A stretch of DNA of 64,000 bases. It comes from a virus. Its lineage: Duplodnaviria; Caudoviricetes. The notes beneath the pieces are model-generated. The model had not been told where the DNA came from. It saw only the letters and a list, made by a program, of their open reading frames with translations, and searched no databases. Position numbers and translations under genes: made by a program. The stretch covers positions 1 through 64,000 of the IMG/VR virus record IMGVR_UViG_3300032300_000824. The stretch is one strand, 5' to 3'. The stretch's first letter is position 1; each line of letters starts with the position of its first letter. Positions 30,601 through 40,258 of the stretch are shown one piece after another.

Positions 30601-33402
30601 TATACCCAAGACCCTAATAGAACTGTTGTCTCAAATGCAGCTTTAGAAGATTTATTGATTTATTTATATACTACTCCGTCTAGCGCAAGACTATTAGATG
30701 TTATACGAGTATGGTCTTCAAGACTAAGCCATATGTACAATGGATACTTATTAAGAACAAAACATAAAAAAGAAGAATCGTCCCAAATGGTTGATCTAGC
30801 CCCAAAAGCTGCACAACCTTTTTTTGCTGCTGTTCCTATGAAAAGTAATAGATTTGTTTATGGGCCATGGACTGATTATCCTCATAATTATGCTGGTAAT
30901 ATATTTCCTGGAAGTTCTAATCAAACTAATATGGTCAAAAATCTATTAAGTGGTATTAAAGTAGAAGTAGATCCAGATTTGGTTCCTTGGAACTATGGAG
31001 GATCATCATTATTAGATAAGGCGGCGATGCTTAAGTTATATGAAGGACAAACCTATCAAAATGTTATAGAGTCTGGGTCTTTTGAAATTCCAGGATTACC
31101 TATTTTTGGATTAGGAGGTAGATTTGCATCTCCTTACACAACTAAAAACTATAGTAATCAATACTTTGTTTCAACCGATGCATCGTTTACATATTCAGAT
31201 AGTACCTATAATGTTAAATCCTGGGTTGATCAAAATTTTAATGATACTAATCCAGTTCTTAGTAATATTCAAGTTAACGTTTCTGAAAGTAAAATTTCTA
31301 CATCATATTCTTTAAAAATATACTCTAAGCCATTAAGCAGATTTAATAAAGAAGCAGCAGATAGACTTAAAAAAATATCTACTCAAAACCTAAAACTTAA
31401 TCAAAGATCTTCAACAGCTACAAGAAAAATAGTTGGCCAACAAATTAGAGAGCTACAGACTTCTATGGGAAGAAGACAATCTGGATTTGAAGGATATTCA
31501 ACACAGGGAGCATCTAAGAAACTAATGGGATGGAGTCCTGTTAAGCTTATAGTAGCTAGTGCAGAATATCATTCAGCACCACCAACGAAAGCTGCTGCAA
31601 GAGCAACTAGAACATCTATTAGAACTGGACAAAACTCAGGAGGACGAGGAACAGGATCGACCACTGCTGGAACTGGCAGTACAGAAAAAACATATGAAGG
31701 AAGTCGTGGAGACTGGGATATTAATGGATCTTTCAATGGAGGCACATATAATGTTCCATATGATCAGGCTACTGGTCCAATAAATACTATGTTAAAAGAC
31801 TTAAGACATTATGCAACTGTGAATATCTATCAACCAAAAGAACGGGGACTAACTGAAAAATCTGATTATGGTAAAAAAGCTTTTATGAGTTTAGACGGTA
31901 TTATGTCTCCTGTCTCCTTTTATCCTACTACATATAATTCGTGTTACAATATAGCAAAGTGGCCTCGTTCTCAATGTCCTGTTTGTTGTGGTTCAAAAAC
32001 TCTAACAGAGACTTTAAGAAACCATAAAGATAATTCAAATGTTTCTGTAACAAAATTTTGTGAATATTGTTATGATGAGACTACTACAAAAGCTCCCAAT
32101 ACGCTTCCCAAAAAGAGTAATACAAATTTAGACTTACCTCCGTATTTAACCTTAAAAAATACTTCAGATAATAATGCTCTAGGTGTTGATACTGATAAGT
32201 ATGGACTGAGTCGTGTTAGTAGTGCTACTATTAATGTTTTTAGTTTACAACCAATATTACAGAGTAACGGAGATTTTAAAAATCCTAATGCTCAAGCAAT
32301 AGATAAAAAACGACACTCTATTAGTCAGGTTGGTAGAGGAGGAGTTCATCATGGAGAAACCATTGGAGGTATTACTGATATAGTAATTAAAAATAATTTA
32401 GAAAACAATGCATATGGAAGAAATCCAGACTTTAATGGTGAAGTAGATTTAAAGCTACAAAACTATTTAGGAAATTGCGGAGATGCAAATTCTACAATTG
32501 CTGGTAGTTGTGGATATACAGCTTATCCTTTAAATAATAGATTCATAGGATTACGAGGACCATTAATGGTTCATGGATGGGGATATGATTTAGATGGATA
32601 TCCAGTACCTAATGCTGCAGACGAACCAAAAGAAGTTAATGACAAAGGTATGTTTAAGAGGCATAGGAAAAAACAAAGTACTCATGCTGATGGGACTTTA
32701 GTAGTTGATGCTGATGGAAATGCGGTTTACGAAGATGATTACGATCATGCTGGGGATTTTCCTGGGGGAAGCTTAGGAGCTAATGAACTAGGTAGTATAA
32801 TTAGCAAAAGTCAAAATTGGGCTAATAATAAATGGAGTAAACCTATTAGGAGTGATAAGTTTTATTTAAACTGGGGCGAAAGACCAGATCTTTGGCCTGT
32901 TGGACCAATTGACTTAAGATGGGATAAAGAGAGAGGAGTATGGGTTACTCCACAGCCTAAAGTTTATAAAAATGTATATATAACAATAGAAGAAGATTTA
33001 GTAACAGTACAAAATCCCGAAGATAGCATAAAACCTTGTAGAGGATTCCTTACCGATTTAGAATATGATACAACCTCAGAGGATATTAGAAAAATAGTTT
33101 TTGTTATTGATAAATCAGGATATACTGCACCAAGAGGAGCAAAGTTATTATGTATGTACAATCCAGATAGTGGATTTTATGAAGTTTTGAGTAAACCAAC
33201 ATTTACCGCTTTCGGAACCATACAGGCCAATGGCACCAATGCTACTCTTTCATTAAATTTTATGCAAAGTAGAAATAGAAGTGTTGATAGTAATACTGTT
33301 AGTGTTTCTTTCGGAAATCCTTTTGGATTTGGTGTTGTTTCTGAACAAAAAGGACTATTTATGTATATGGACGGATCATGGAACCTTATATCTACTAATT
33401 AA
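27664..33402 (+). CDS. Putative baseplate hub / tail-tip protein (1912 aa)
   Basis: GGAGG RBS. N-terminal QTLFLGSSV..LGWG..SSLNVSLV..GTPVYF..YTGLIKNWE and a later SILDLITQVCDA..DFFIEL segment follow the hub-fold pattern of beta-barrel plus helix. Inference from pattern and position. Confidence 0.5.
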   Translation: MSLAYTGTSSSNRTVPKNYTKTAPQTLFLGSSVANFTTNLGWGAQASSLNVSLVNDTSVCSSVAQISMNGSAGGGFTNDNHYYDTDDGDGLYVGRDPNNGRGILYGKVHHKWRSDQGKFVSNYHRNKDYGFLGVKNTWGGQNDGYDITGTPVYFRAGDFEYTGLIKNWEVSAGSGGETASVTIESPASLLANSYIIVGDYAGSIFAKSTASATIGSPRNYYKDQANYDGKIEHGAIHNLFNVFGFLESFNFGFSDVNEQGIPISYVINALLVLTSEKDKTVSKAFTPFQRIIGRAAMTSSQAFCNDDFYTGLGLLPAVSDSSGGKRHEYTLDLSELPRPNNLLRVNGPVLSILDLITQVCDATSRDFFIELLPTSYNNTIMPIIKVRTVNRFSQPAPNQVRSVVNSMLDTYNVCNVTYGQESGEGLNRAMLIGGPQQRLYQAKNFRLAYTQCNYVLDPSAVKVVNFYTYNRSKYRTPSFLSTRLATNSNLVASDYSWLIADDELIKKRVDGDSWSTTSTSTVFQDSNNGPGTGGSNGKIVGNYAEDKEYDPIPLYTAPPSLNGDPVSNSNARWLPMSYDVISPFFGFEFEEKTADTSGLPEESLKRPRQVYLDTFTGQQVVVFDIKELPPLRNGIRTLYSGSKFCVTETEMRAAMAGFDNLVLYYASKTYKPDLILMLQQTYIANRLAIVSSNDGPMTMGSWGMVEDQNAADTEGLSTEVFADQDEEVNVTNLLLSKSFTEDLMSIHAFINDIASKYYGKGYSIKLPGIKGYRDWTSGGNQVIGEDSNGNAVYVWAGSPKVYYDFEVASDGAWEEPGNYIDDNIVVGSVDSYHLMDETGKIQPILGYNASDNFDHTAHKICSDNTLTNAAYRSRKNAPVFGIETYTMKAVEFQDCDNAKFYYPSIDLSSVSEDVLLVDNQYTINNPYSVGSTIPPGNGRKAYIKATVRPDFYFSNANTLSDPRVIIDSPGIFLNSSSLEYTQDPNRTVVSNAALEDLLIYLYTTPSSARLLDVIRVWSSRLSHMYNGYLLRTKHKKEESSQMVDLAPKAAQPFFAAVPMKSNRFVYGPWTDYPHNYAGNIFPGSSNQTNMVKNLLSGIKVEVDPDLVPWNYGGSSLLDKAAMLKLYEGQTYQNVIESGSFEIPGLPIFGLGGRFASPYTTKNYSNQYFVSTDASFTYSDSTYNVKSWVDQNFNDTNPVLSNIQVNVSESKISTSYSLKIYSKPLSRFNKEAADRLKKISTQNLKLNQRSSTATRKIVGQQIRELQTSMGRRQSGFEGYSTQGASKKLMGWSPVKLIVASAEYHSAPPTKAAARATRTSIRTGQNSGGRGTGSTTAGTGSTEKTYEGSRGDWDINGSFNGGTYNVPYDQATGPINTMLKDLRHYATVNIYQPKERGLTEKSDYGKKAFMSLDGIMSPVSFYPTTYNSCYNIAKWPRSQCPVCCGSKTLTETLRNHKDNSNVSVTKFCEYCYDETTTKAPNTLPKKSNTNLDLPPYLTLKNTSDNNALGVDTDKYGLSRVSSATINVFSLQPILQSNGDFKNPNAQAIDKKRHSISQVGRGGVHHGETIGGITDIVIKNNLENNAYGRNPDFNGEVDLKLQNYLGNCGDANSTIAGSCGYTAYPLNNRFIGLRGPLMVHGWGYDLDGYPVPNAADEPKEVNDKGMFKRHRKKQSTHADGTLVVDADGNAVYEDDYDHAGDFPGGSLGANELGSIISKSQNWANNKWSKPIRSDKFYLNWGERPDLWPVGPIDLRWDKERGVWVTPQPKVYKNVYITIEEDLVTVQNPEDSIKPCRGFLTDLEYDTTSEDIRKIVFVIDKSGYTAPRGAKLLCMYNPDSGFYEVLSKPTFTAFGTIQANGTNATLSLNFMQSRNRSVDSNTVSVSFGNPFGFGVVSEQKGLFMYMDGSWNLISTN

Positions 33403-33407
33403 AAAAT

Positions 33408-36400
33408 ATGTTAAATAAAGATAGAAGCAAATGTAGTTTATTTAAAACTCAAATATATGATAATTTAAAAAATTTTTACCTTTTTTATAATTCTGGAGGA
33501 GGATTATCTTCTAGATTTAGTTTGCCCAGTCAGCTAATATCTAATCAATTAGCAAGTATGACAAACTATATAGACAGTAGTGTTGAAGAAGAGGTTTGGA
33601 CACCAGCAATAATAACAGCTGCCACAATAAGTAAAGCCCCTTATTTAGAAGGTAATTTAAATACTAAACCAGTATTAGGTATTAATGAGTTTTTTGTACT
33701 AGATAATCCAGTATTCAAGGATATATCTATTGAAAATAATGTTAAGATAGGTGTTGACTGGTTTTTGAACGATGTCCTTAATACAGATATTACTCCAAAT
33801 AAGGGTGTCTTATTTTGGTATAAAAAAAGAGCTAGTAGAACATCTACAAGTTTATTGAAAGATATTCCTATTGGAGAATGGATATATTCAACAACACAAT
33901 TCACAATAAAAACCAATACTTTAAAAGAAATAACAATTCCTGCAGGACAAGTATGTGTTAAATTAAATAATGATGAACTACAATTAATACCAATCAATAA
34001 AATAAACAATACAAATTTTGAACTATTTCGTAATATACAGATTTATAATAATCCTCTTGGGTCTGGTGGTAATATTTACGAGCCAAGTAAGATTAAGTTA
34101 AAAACTGCAACAAATACTCCGCAACAATGGACAATATATAATGATTTTCATTATCTTAAGGTTAATGGATCATACTATAGTATTCATATCAGCGAAGGAG
34201 ACTACTTTTCGTATTACGACAAACAAAATGTTTTGGATGATTTTTTAGCTTTTAACTTAATGCCAACGTACAGAACAATATATAATAACTTAATTAACAT
34301 CCTACCTTCTTCTGGTCTAACGTCTCCTCAGTTGCTAAACTTAAAAAGATTAGCATCAATTTTAGCAACAGGGCCACAGAATGACAAAGTAACATTAAAT
34401 ATTAATGGTTCATTCGGATCAACACCAACAAGCTATATTTCAGACATAACAACATTTTTAAATGGTAGTGGAGACGCATCGTCTTCTATAACTGTTTGTC
34501 AGAAGATATATAAAGAAATTCAAAAATTAGAAACTAAAAGAGTTTACAACACTTCAATAATGCCATATAAAGCTATTCCTGATGATGTTAATGATAACTA
34601 CTCCAAGGTTCCAAATGATATTTTTCATAAAATAGCGTCTAAGTATGGTGTTTATCTTAGATTTTCTGGTGATGATGCAAAAATTACTATCAATAAATTA
34701 CTAAGATGGAAAGAGAAAAATAATTCTTCTAATTATGTAGGAGGACCTAATATATCTATTGATTCTAGGTTTATTTATTGGACATCATCTAGAAATATAT
34801 CTGGTGAAGCTAATGTTAGACCATCTCCAGGAAATGTTGGAAATACTTATTATGACCAACATATTCAAGCTGGTCCTTTAAGAATAGAGACAGATATCTC
34901 TAATCAATTAGTATATTTTAAAACGTTAGACGCTGGTAGTGAACAGGCAACTACTAAAGCTGGATTAATTAAAGCTTCTCAAAATCCAAGATTAGATACT
35001 AGTGCATCCAGTTATATTCTGATTCCTGAAATTAAATATTCTATGTTCTATAAACAGGGAGGTTTCAAAATAGTCAGTAGCACATGCTATATTGATGAAC
35101 CTGTAGGACAAGCAAGTTTGTATAATGGTAAATTAGACGGAAAACCAATTTTTCTTAAAACAGGTAATCTTGCTCCGGCAAGATGGGGAGCTTCTGGTAC
35201 TAAAGAGTTTAACTTTGATCCAGCTGATATTGACTCTTATAAAAAACCTTCTTTAAAATTTAAGTTATATAATAGTGGAGATGTAATCAAGTTAGATAGT
35301 TTAGATATTAATTTTTTGAGATACAAAGAAGAAACATTATGTTCTTGTGATTCGTTTTATAGAGAAATTATTAGTAGGAGTGAAAACTATACAAAACAAA
35401 TTAATGTTAATAGATTTTTAGGCGTAGATATTTTTGAAGAAACTCCAAAAAAGGTTGGATATGGTAGGGCTGGCTATTGTGATTCTATATTTCTTGGAAA
35501 AGTAAAAAATACTATAGCTGGAGTAGAGGTTGAAGAAAATTCCACTTCCAATGTTCCGGGAGTTTCTACGAAATATTCTCCTCCAGTAATAGCTTATGGA
35601 GGATATGATGCTTCAGTAATTTCTGAGCTTGGGATCAAACTACCCAGTCACCCTACGCCCGGAAGTAGAATGCCAGTATTAGATAGTAGAAATCCTGTTT
35701 ATACTGATGAAACTAAGTGTTATGAAAGAACTGGTTTCGTTAAAGACTCCTCATACTACAGTCATTCTGCAGACAATACTTCGTCAGATAATATGATTGG
35801 CTCCACAGTATTTGCAAAAGGGTTTTTCCATCCTCATTATGGCTGGATATCTCCAGGACACAGACTTTATTCTACCTATGTTAATAAGACAGCTGTTGTT
35901 AGCTATAAACCAGATAAAAAACCCAGATTCGTTTTCAAGGGTGTCGGATTTTTATTTGAAGATAAAATAAATGGAAACAAAAATTATTCTAGCACAATAT
36001 CTGTTGATCTAGGCGCTAATAAAACTAATCTAGACGAACTAAATATTCAAACAGGTATTAGAGATGCTGGTTCTCAGTTTTCTCCTTATTCTTCTGAATA
36101 TTTGTGTGAAGATTGTATTCCATATAGAGGGGAAAGAGATGCTAGTGGTAATTTTATAAGCAATAGCGAACAATTTAAAGACAACAATTGTGGAAACAAC
36201 TATCAACCTAATATCAAATATCGTATATATCCACTAAAAGACGCTGTTAGCTCCACAGACATTGTTGCATTAGGAGATATCAACAATATTAGAATCAAAG
36301 ACATAGAAGTTAAATTAAATTTTGTGAATTTTGATAATATTCAAGATATGAAAATTACATTAAAATATACCAATCCTGCTGCTGCTACAAATAGTGCTCC

Positions 36401-39400
36401 AGATACTTATTATGGATTAGTTAATGCAAATAACCAGCCGTTTGGCGAACCAGAGATAGATAATTATTTACAAGCTTTAAGTAGCGAGAATCCTTCAGAC
36501 ACTATTGTTTTATTAAACAAAGAGCATATCAAACAGTATAATAATGAATTTATTTTACGTTTTTCAGATTATGCTAGTCCATTTACTTTCCCAAATTCTC
36601 TAAATAGAAAAGAACCAGGAGAAATAAATTTCAGCTCTCTTCTTAATACTAGTTCTGCTGATGGGGAAGCTTTGCATCCTTCATATAAGCCCACAGGATA
36701 TTCCGACCAAGATGCTCAAAAATATAAAGAGATCTTAAATACATACAACGCTTGTATAATTGATAATAAGTTTAGAAAATGGTATGACAGACCTTTAGTT
36801 GGAAGTAATTTTGTATTAGAAATAGAAATAAAAAATAATTATAACAAAAACAATTATAGTAACATATCTGATCTTCATTTAAAAACTAATAGAGATCCAG
36901 ATCTTCTCAAGTCTAATGTAGCAAAAAACTCTATTTGTAGTTGGGAAGTAATAATTGATACGTTTAAAACTACTGATAATTATTACCAAAAAACTCAAAA
37001 ATTTAATGTTAATCATCCAGTCGCTAATCATATTGATTATACTAAAGCCGGTGTTGTTGCAACAACCTCATCTAACCCATATAGTGACGGCTATAATTTT
37101 ATTGGCGATTTTACAGGTAAAAGATTTTTAGTTCCTCCCGTTAATACAAATGCTCCTCATCAATACTTGACAGATTTTAATTCTTGTGTATATCCTGACA
37201 GAAGATATAATAATTTTGGTTTTGCAAGAACAGAGGATGCTGGACTAAAATATGTCTACCAAGCGATAAATCTATTTTCTGGTGCTATTGGTGCTGCTGT
37301 TGGAATGGCTGCCATAGGAGGATTAACAGGAGCTTTTGTCGGAGGCATATTGTTTGGAGCTGGCTCTGACTTGGCTGTTCAGTCTGTAGTATCATACTAC
37401 GGAAGTTTAAGAAGAACAGCTCTGGTTGACGCTTTTGATTCTAGTTTTTACGATCCTTCATATGATGAGTATGGATATGGTATTCCAGATAGAGCTTTAG
37501 TTGAAGTATCTGCAGACGATGGATACACATGGTATACTTTTGATGCTAAAATTTTTCAGTATAGTGAGCATGGATCTCCTGTTTATCAACCACTAAAGCT
37601 TTCATATTCTGGTGCTGGAAACCCTGCAGAAACTATTACTTGTTCTAAATTTAGCGACAGAGAAGTTCCTTCTACTCCTTCAGCTAGTTCTCCAATTATT
37701 GCTGACCCCGACTCTTTTAGCTTAACAAACTCTTTAATTCTTACTGGCAAATATATAAAAGCTAGAGAACTTTATATTAGAAATAATATTGAGCTGTCAA
37801 ATAGTAAACCAAATATTTTATTAAATCCATCAAATGTTTTTGTTGGATACAATGCATATGATCCGATCACAACTGTCTGTCTAGAGATGCCTTTCGTTAA
37901 GCCTTTCTATTATTTAAAGTCTGGATTACTATCTACTTCTACTAATATAGATATTATTTATTATGACAAAGATGGCCATAATTATAGAAAAGTCATTAAT
38001 AAAACTATAACAAATTTACAAATTCTTAATAAAGATAATACATATAACACATACATACTACTGAACGATCAAAGCTTAAAAACAAGTATGGAAAAAAATA
38101 TTAATTCTAAAATTTTAATACAAAAAAACAACGCCCAAAATTTACTAGGAATTAATCTATATTCTGATTCTAGCTATTTGACTTTAGCAGCTATAAAGGC
38201 CATGACTAATAATAAGTTTGTTCCTAGCTACACTATGCCGGTTTATGGTGAAGGTTCGTGGGGTAGAGGTTCTTCATCTATAGTTTTGATGCCGAGCAAA
38301 GAAATAACCTATGCAAAAGATTTGAATTTAGCTGATTTTACTTTAGGCTATAGTTGTAATAAATATCTTGGAAGAATATTTTTTCCAAAGACTAATACAA
38401 CAGTATCTTCTGGTGAATTAAAAATAGGATTGTTTGACAATGTTAACGGCTGGCCTCTATATAAAAATGTAGAGAGATTTAATCTTAACAAAATTTTAAG
38501 CGATAATACTCAATATCCATATAAAAACACGAATGATCTTAATTCAATCTTTTATTTATATACTAATACCGAAGTAACTGGATTAAAAAATAAAGAATTA
38601 TTATCAAGTGGTAATATAATACTATTAGACCATTTAGTTCCTAAAAAATTAGGATCTGAGGATAAAAAAACTTTAGCAGGATGTACGGTGGAAGCAATAT
38701 ATAGTAATCAACAAATAGAAAATGTTACATGCTACGGAAATAATACAGACAATAATGGAAAGTTCAATATCTTTGTTAATGATGTTTTTATTTTTACATG
38801 TAATTTAAATAATAGCGGACAAGGAACTCCTCCTCATCCACCACTTTCTAATGGTTTAGGACGAGATCCTTTAGACAGATATTCGTTCTTTACAATAACA
38901 ACTGAACAAGGACGACAAATATATGAAAATAATTCTTCTTCTATTACTATTACTTATAGTCCAACAACAGATAACACAACCCCTCGTAGTAGTATTACAT
39001 GGATAAGAATTTTAAACCCAGAAGGAACTGAGTTGTCTAGTACATGTTCTACAGATTCATCTGCGAGCACAAAGATACCACTTCATGATGATAATAAATA
39101 TTGGATTAGTATAGACAAAAATCAGTATGGTAGCTATAGTAGACCCACAAGTATTAAAGTATTAAATAAAATTCAATATGCTTGTAGTGAACCAAAAACT
39201 GTTCCACAAGGACTTAATTGTAAGAATATTTGTGGTGTTCCACTTAAGTATATTAGGAGTATGAATGCTTCTATCGAGGAGGGAGTAACATGGGAACCAG
39301 TTATAACAACACCAATAGAATTATTAAAAATTCAATCTAAATCAACCGCTTTTGATCAAGTGCAGGCAAGTTCCGAAGCTGCCCCAACAGCTATTTTTAC

Positions 39401-40247
39401 AAACATACAAGCAGAAGCTCATAAAGCAGAAATATTATCTAAGAATCCAGACATAGAGTGGGAAGAGATAGTATTTAGTAGACCAGAGGTTAGAATTTCA
39501 TGCGGAGATACTAATGGAGATACTCTCATGTATATAAAGGAATTTTATTGGATACCAAAAAATAAGAAAGTTCCCTCTTCATCATCTCCCAGGTTTTCTG
39601 TTAAAGCATCAGACGTATTAGGAGTCGATAACCTTTTGGTACGATTTAAATATAATACAAGAAAATTAAGACATGTAGATAATTATTTTAAGAAGTATAT
39701 CATAGCCCCAAATGGATCTATTAATTATGGAGGTATCAGTAGTACTGATGAGATGCCAATTAAAAATAGTTTTTACTCATGGTTTTGTAACTATATAGAT
39801 AGAGGTACAAACACTTTGAATACTGTGGTTCCACCATATTATATGATGTTGAACGAGATGATATTTAGAGGATTTTTTGGCAGTGCTGACGGAATTGAGT
39901 TCAAGACATCAACTTTAAAAACTCAATATCCTCACGAATGGATTCCTTATGAGTATGATAATTCTATCTTTTGTGATAATAATGTAGATAAAGAAAGTAT
40001 CTTTATAGCCGGATTACATACGTTTGACCAAATAGGATATAAATTAAGGTGTTGGTTATTGTCAAAACTTGTTTCTTCTCCATCAGATAAACAAAAAATA
40101 GTTTCTAGGTGTTTAAGTTATATGAGTGGATTAGGTGGTCCAGGAATAGTTCCGGACAAAAAAGAGTTTGATTATTTATATGAAAGAAAAGATACGAGTA
40201 TTGGTAGACCAAGGATTCAAGAATTAATTGATACGTTCTTAGACTAG
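33408..40247 (+). CDS. Very large (2279 aa) putative virion protein with proprotein-convertase P-domain-like region and glycine-zipper hydrophobic segment
   Basis: IKDIEVKLNF...DMKITL...FVLEIE...CSWEVII (P-domain-like); LFSGAIGAAVGMAAIGGLTGAFVGGILFGAG. Confidence 0.55.
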   Translation: MLNKDRSKCSLFKTQIYDNLKNFYLFYNSGGGLSSRFSLPSQLISNQLASMTNYIDSSVEEEVWTPAIITAATISKAPYLEGNLNTKPVLGINEFFVLDNPVFKDISIENNVKIGVDWFLNDVLNTDITPNKGVLFWYKKRASRTSTSLLKDIPIGEWIYSTTQFTIKTNTLKEITIPAGQVCVKLNNDELQLIPINKINNTNFELFRNIQIYNNPLGSGGNIYEPSKIKLKTATNTPQQWTIYNDFHYLKVNGSYYSIHISEGDYFSYYDKQNVLDDFLAFNLMPTYRTIYNNLINILPSSGLTSPQLLNLKRLASILATGPQNDKVTLNINGSFGSTPTSYISDITTFLNGSGDASSSITVCQKIYKEIQKLETKRVYNTSIMPYKAIPDDVNDNYSKVPNDIFHKIASKYGVYLRFSGDDAKITINKLLRWKEKNNSSNYVGGPNISIDSRFIYWTSSRNISGEANVRPSPGNVGNTYYDQHIQAGPLRIETDISNQLVYFKTLDAGSEQATTKAGLIKASQNPRLDTSASSYILIPEIKYSMFYKQGGFKIVSSTCYIDEPVGQASLYNGKLDGKPIFLKTGNLAPARWGASGTKEFNFDPADIDSYKKPSLKFKLYNSGDVIKLDSLDINFLRYKEETLCSCDSFYREIISRSENYTKQINVNRFLGVDIFEETPKKVGYGRAGYCDSIFLGKVKNTIAGVEVEENSTSNVPGVSTKYSPPVIAYGGYDASVISELGIKLPSHPTPGSRMPVLDSRNPVYTDETKCYERTGFVKDSSYYSHSADNTSSDNMIGSTVFAKGFFHPHYGWISPGHRLYSTYVNKTAVVSYKPDKKPRFVFKGVGFLFEDKINGNKNYSSTISVDLGANKTNLDELNIQTGIRDAGSQFSPYSSEYLCEDCIPYRGERDASGNFISNSEQFKDNNCGNNYQPNIKYRIYPLKDAVSSTDIVALGDINNIRIKDIEVKLNFVNFDNIQDMKITLKYTNPAAATNSAPDTYYGLVNANNQPFGEPEIDNYLQALSSENPSDTIVLLNKEHIKQYNNEFILRFSDYASPFTFPNSLNRKEPGEINFSSLLNTSSADGEALHPSYKPTGYSDQDAQKYKEILNTYNACIIDNKFRKWYDRPLVGSNFVLEIEIKNNYNKNNYSNISDLHLKTNRDPDLLKSNVAKNSICSWEVIIDTFKTTDNYYQKTQKFNVNHPVANHIDYTKAGVVATTSSNPYSDGYNFIGDFTGKRFLVPPVNTNAPHQYLTDFNSCVYPDRRYNNFGFARTEDAGLKYVYQAINLFSGAIGAAVGMAAIGGLTGAFVGGILFGAGSDLAVQSVVSYYGSLRRTALVDAFDSSFYDPSYDEYGYGIPDRALVEVSADDGYTWYTFDAKIFQYSEHGSPVYQPLKLSYSGAGNPAETITCSKFSDREVPSTPSASSPIIADPDSFSLTNSLILTGKYIKARELYIRNNIELSNSKPNILLNPSNVFVGYNAYDPITTVCLEMPFVKPFYYLKSGLLSTSTNIDIIYYDKDGHNYRKVINKTITNLQILNKDNTYNTYILLNDQSLKTSMEKNINSKILIQKNNAQNLLGINLYSDSSYLTLAAIKAMTNNKFVPSYTMPVYGEGSWGRGSSSIVLMPSKEITYAKDLNLADFTLGYSCNKYLGRIFFPKTNTTVSSGELKIGLFDNVNGWPLYKNVERFNLNKILSDNTQYPYKNTNDLNSIFYLYTNTEVTGLKNKELLSSGNIILLDHLVPKKLGSEDKKTLAGCTVEAIYSNQQIENVTCYGNNTDNNGKFNIFVNDVFIFTCNLNNSGQGTPPHPPLSNGLGRDPLDRYSFFTITTEQGRQIYENNSSSITITYSPTTDNTTPRSSITWIRILNPEGTELSSTCSTDSSASTKIPLHDDNKYWISIDKNQYGSYSRPTSIKVLNKIQYACSEPKTVPQGLNCKNICGVPLKYIRSMNASIEEGVTWEPVITTPIELLKIQSKSTAFDQVQASSEAAPTAIFTNIQAEAHKAEILSKNPDIEWEEIVFSRPEVRISCGDTNGDTLMYIKEFYWIPKNKKVPSSSSPRFSVKASDVLGVDNLLVRFKYNTRKLRHVDNYFKKYIIAPNGSINYGGISSTDEMPIKNSFYSWFCNYIDRGTNTLNTVVPPYYMMLNEMIFRGFFGSADGIEFKTSTLKTQYPHEWIPYEYDNSIFCDNNVDKESIFIAGLHTFDQIGYKLRCWLLSKLVSSPSDKQKIVSRCLSYMSGLGGPGIVPDKKEFDYLYERKDTSIGRPRIQELIDTFLD

Positions 40248-40258
40248 GATTTTAATAA

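Noticed and set aside
2677-40247. Stop-codon reassignment (TAG read-through) as in some large phages
   Set aside because: Genes are long and tightly packed under the standard code. TAG occurs at gene ends followed closely by new RBS/ATG starts, and reading through the TAG at 2679 or 4036 hits another stop within a few codons.
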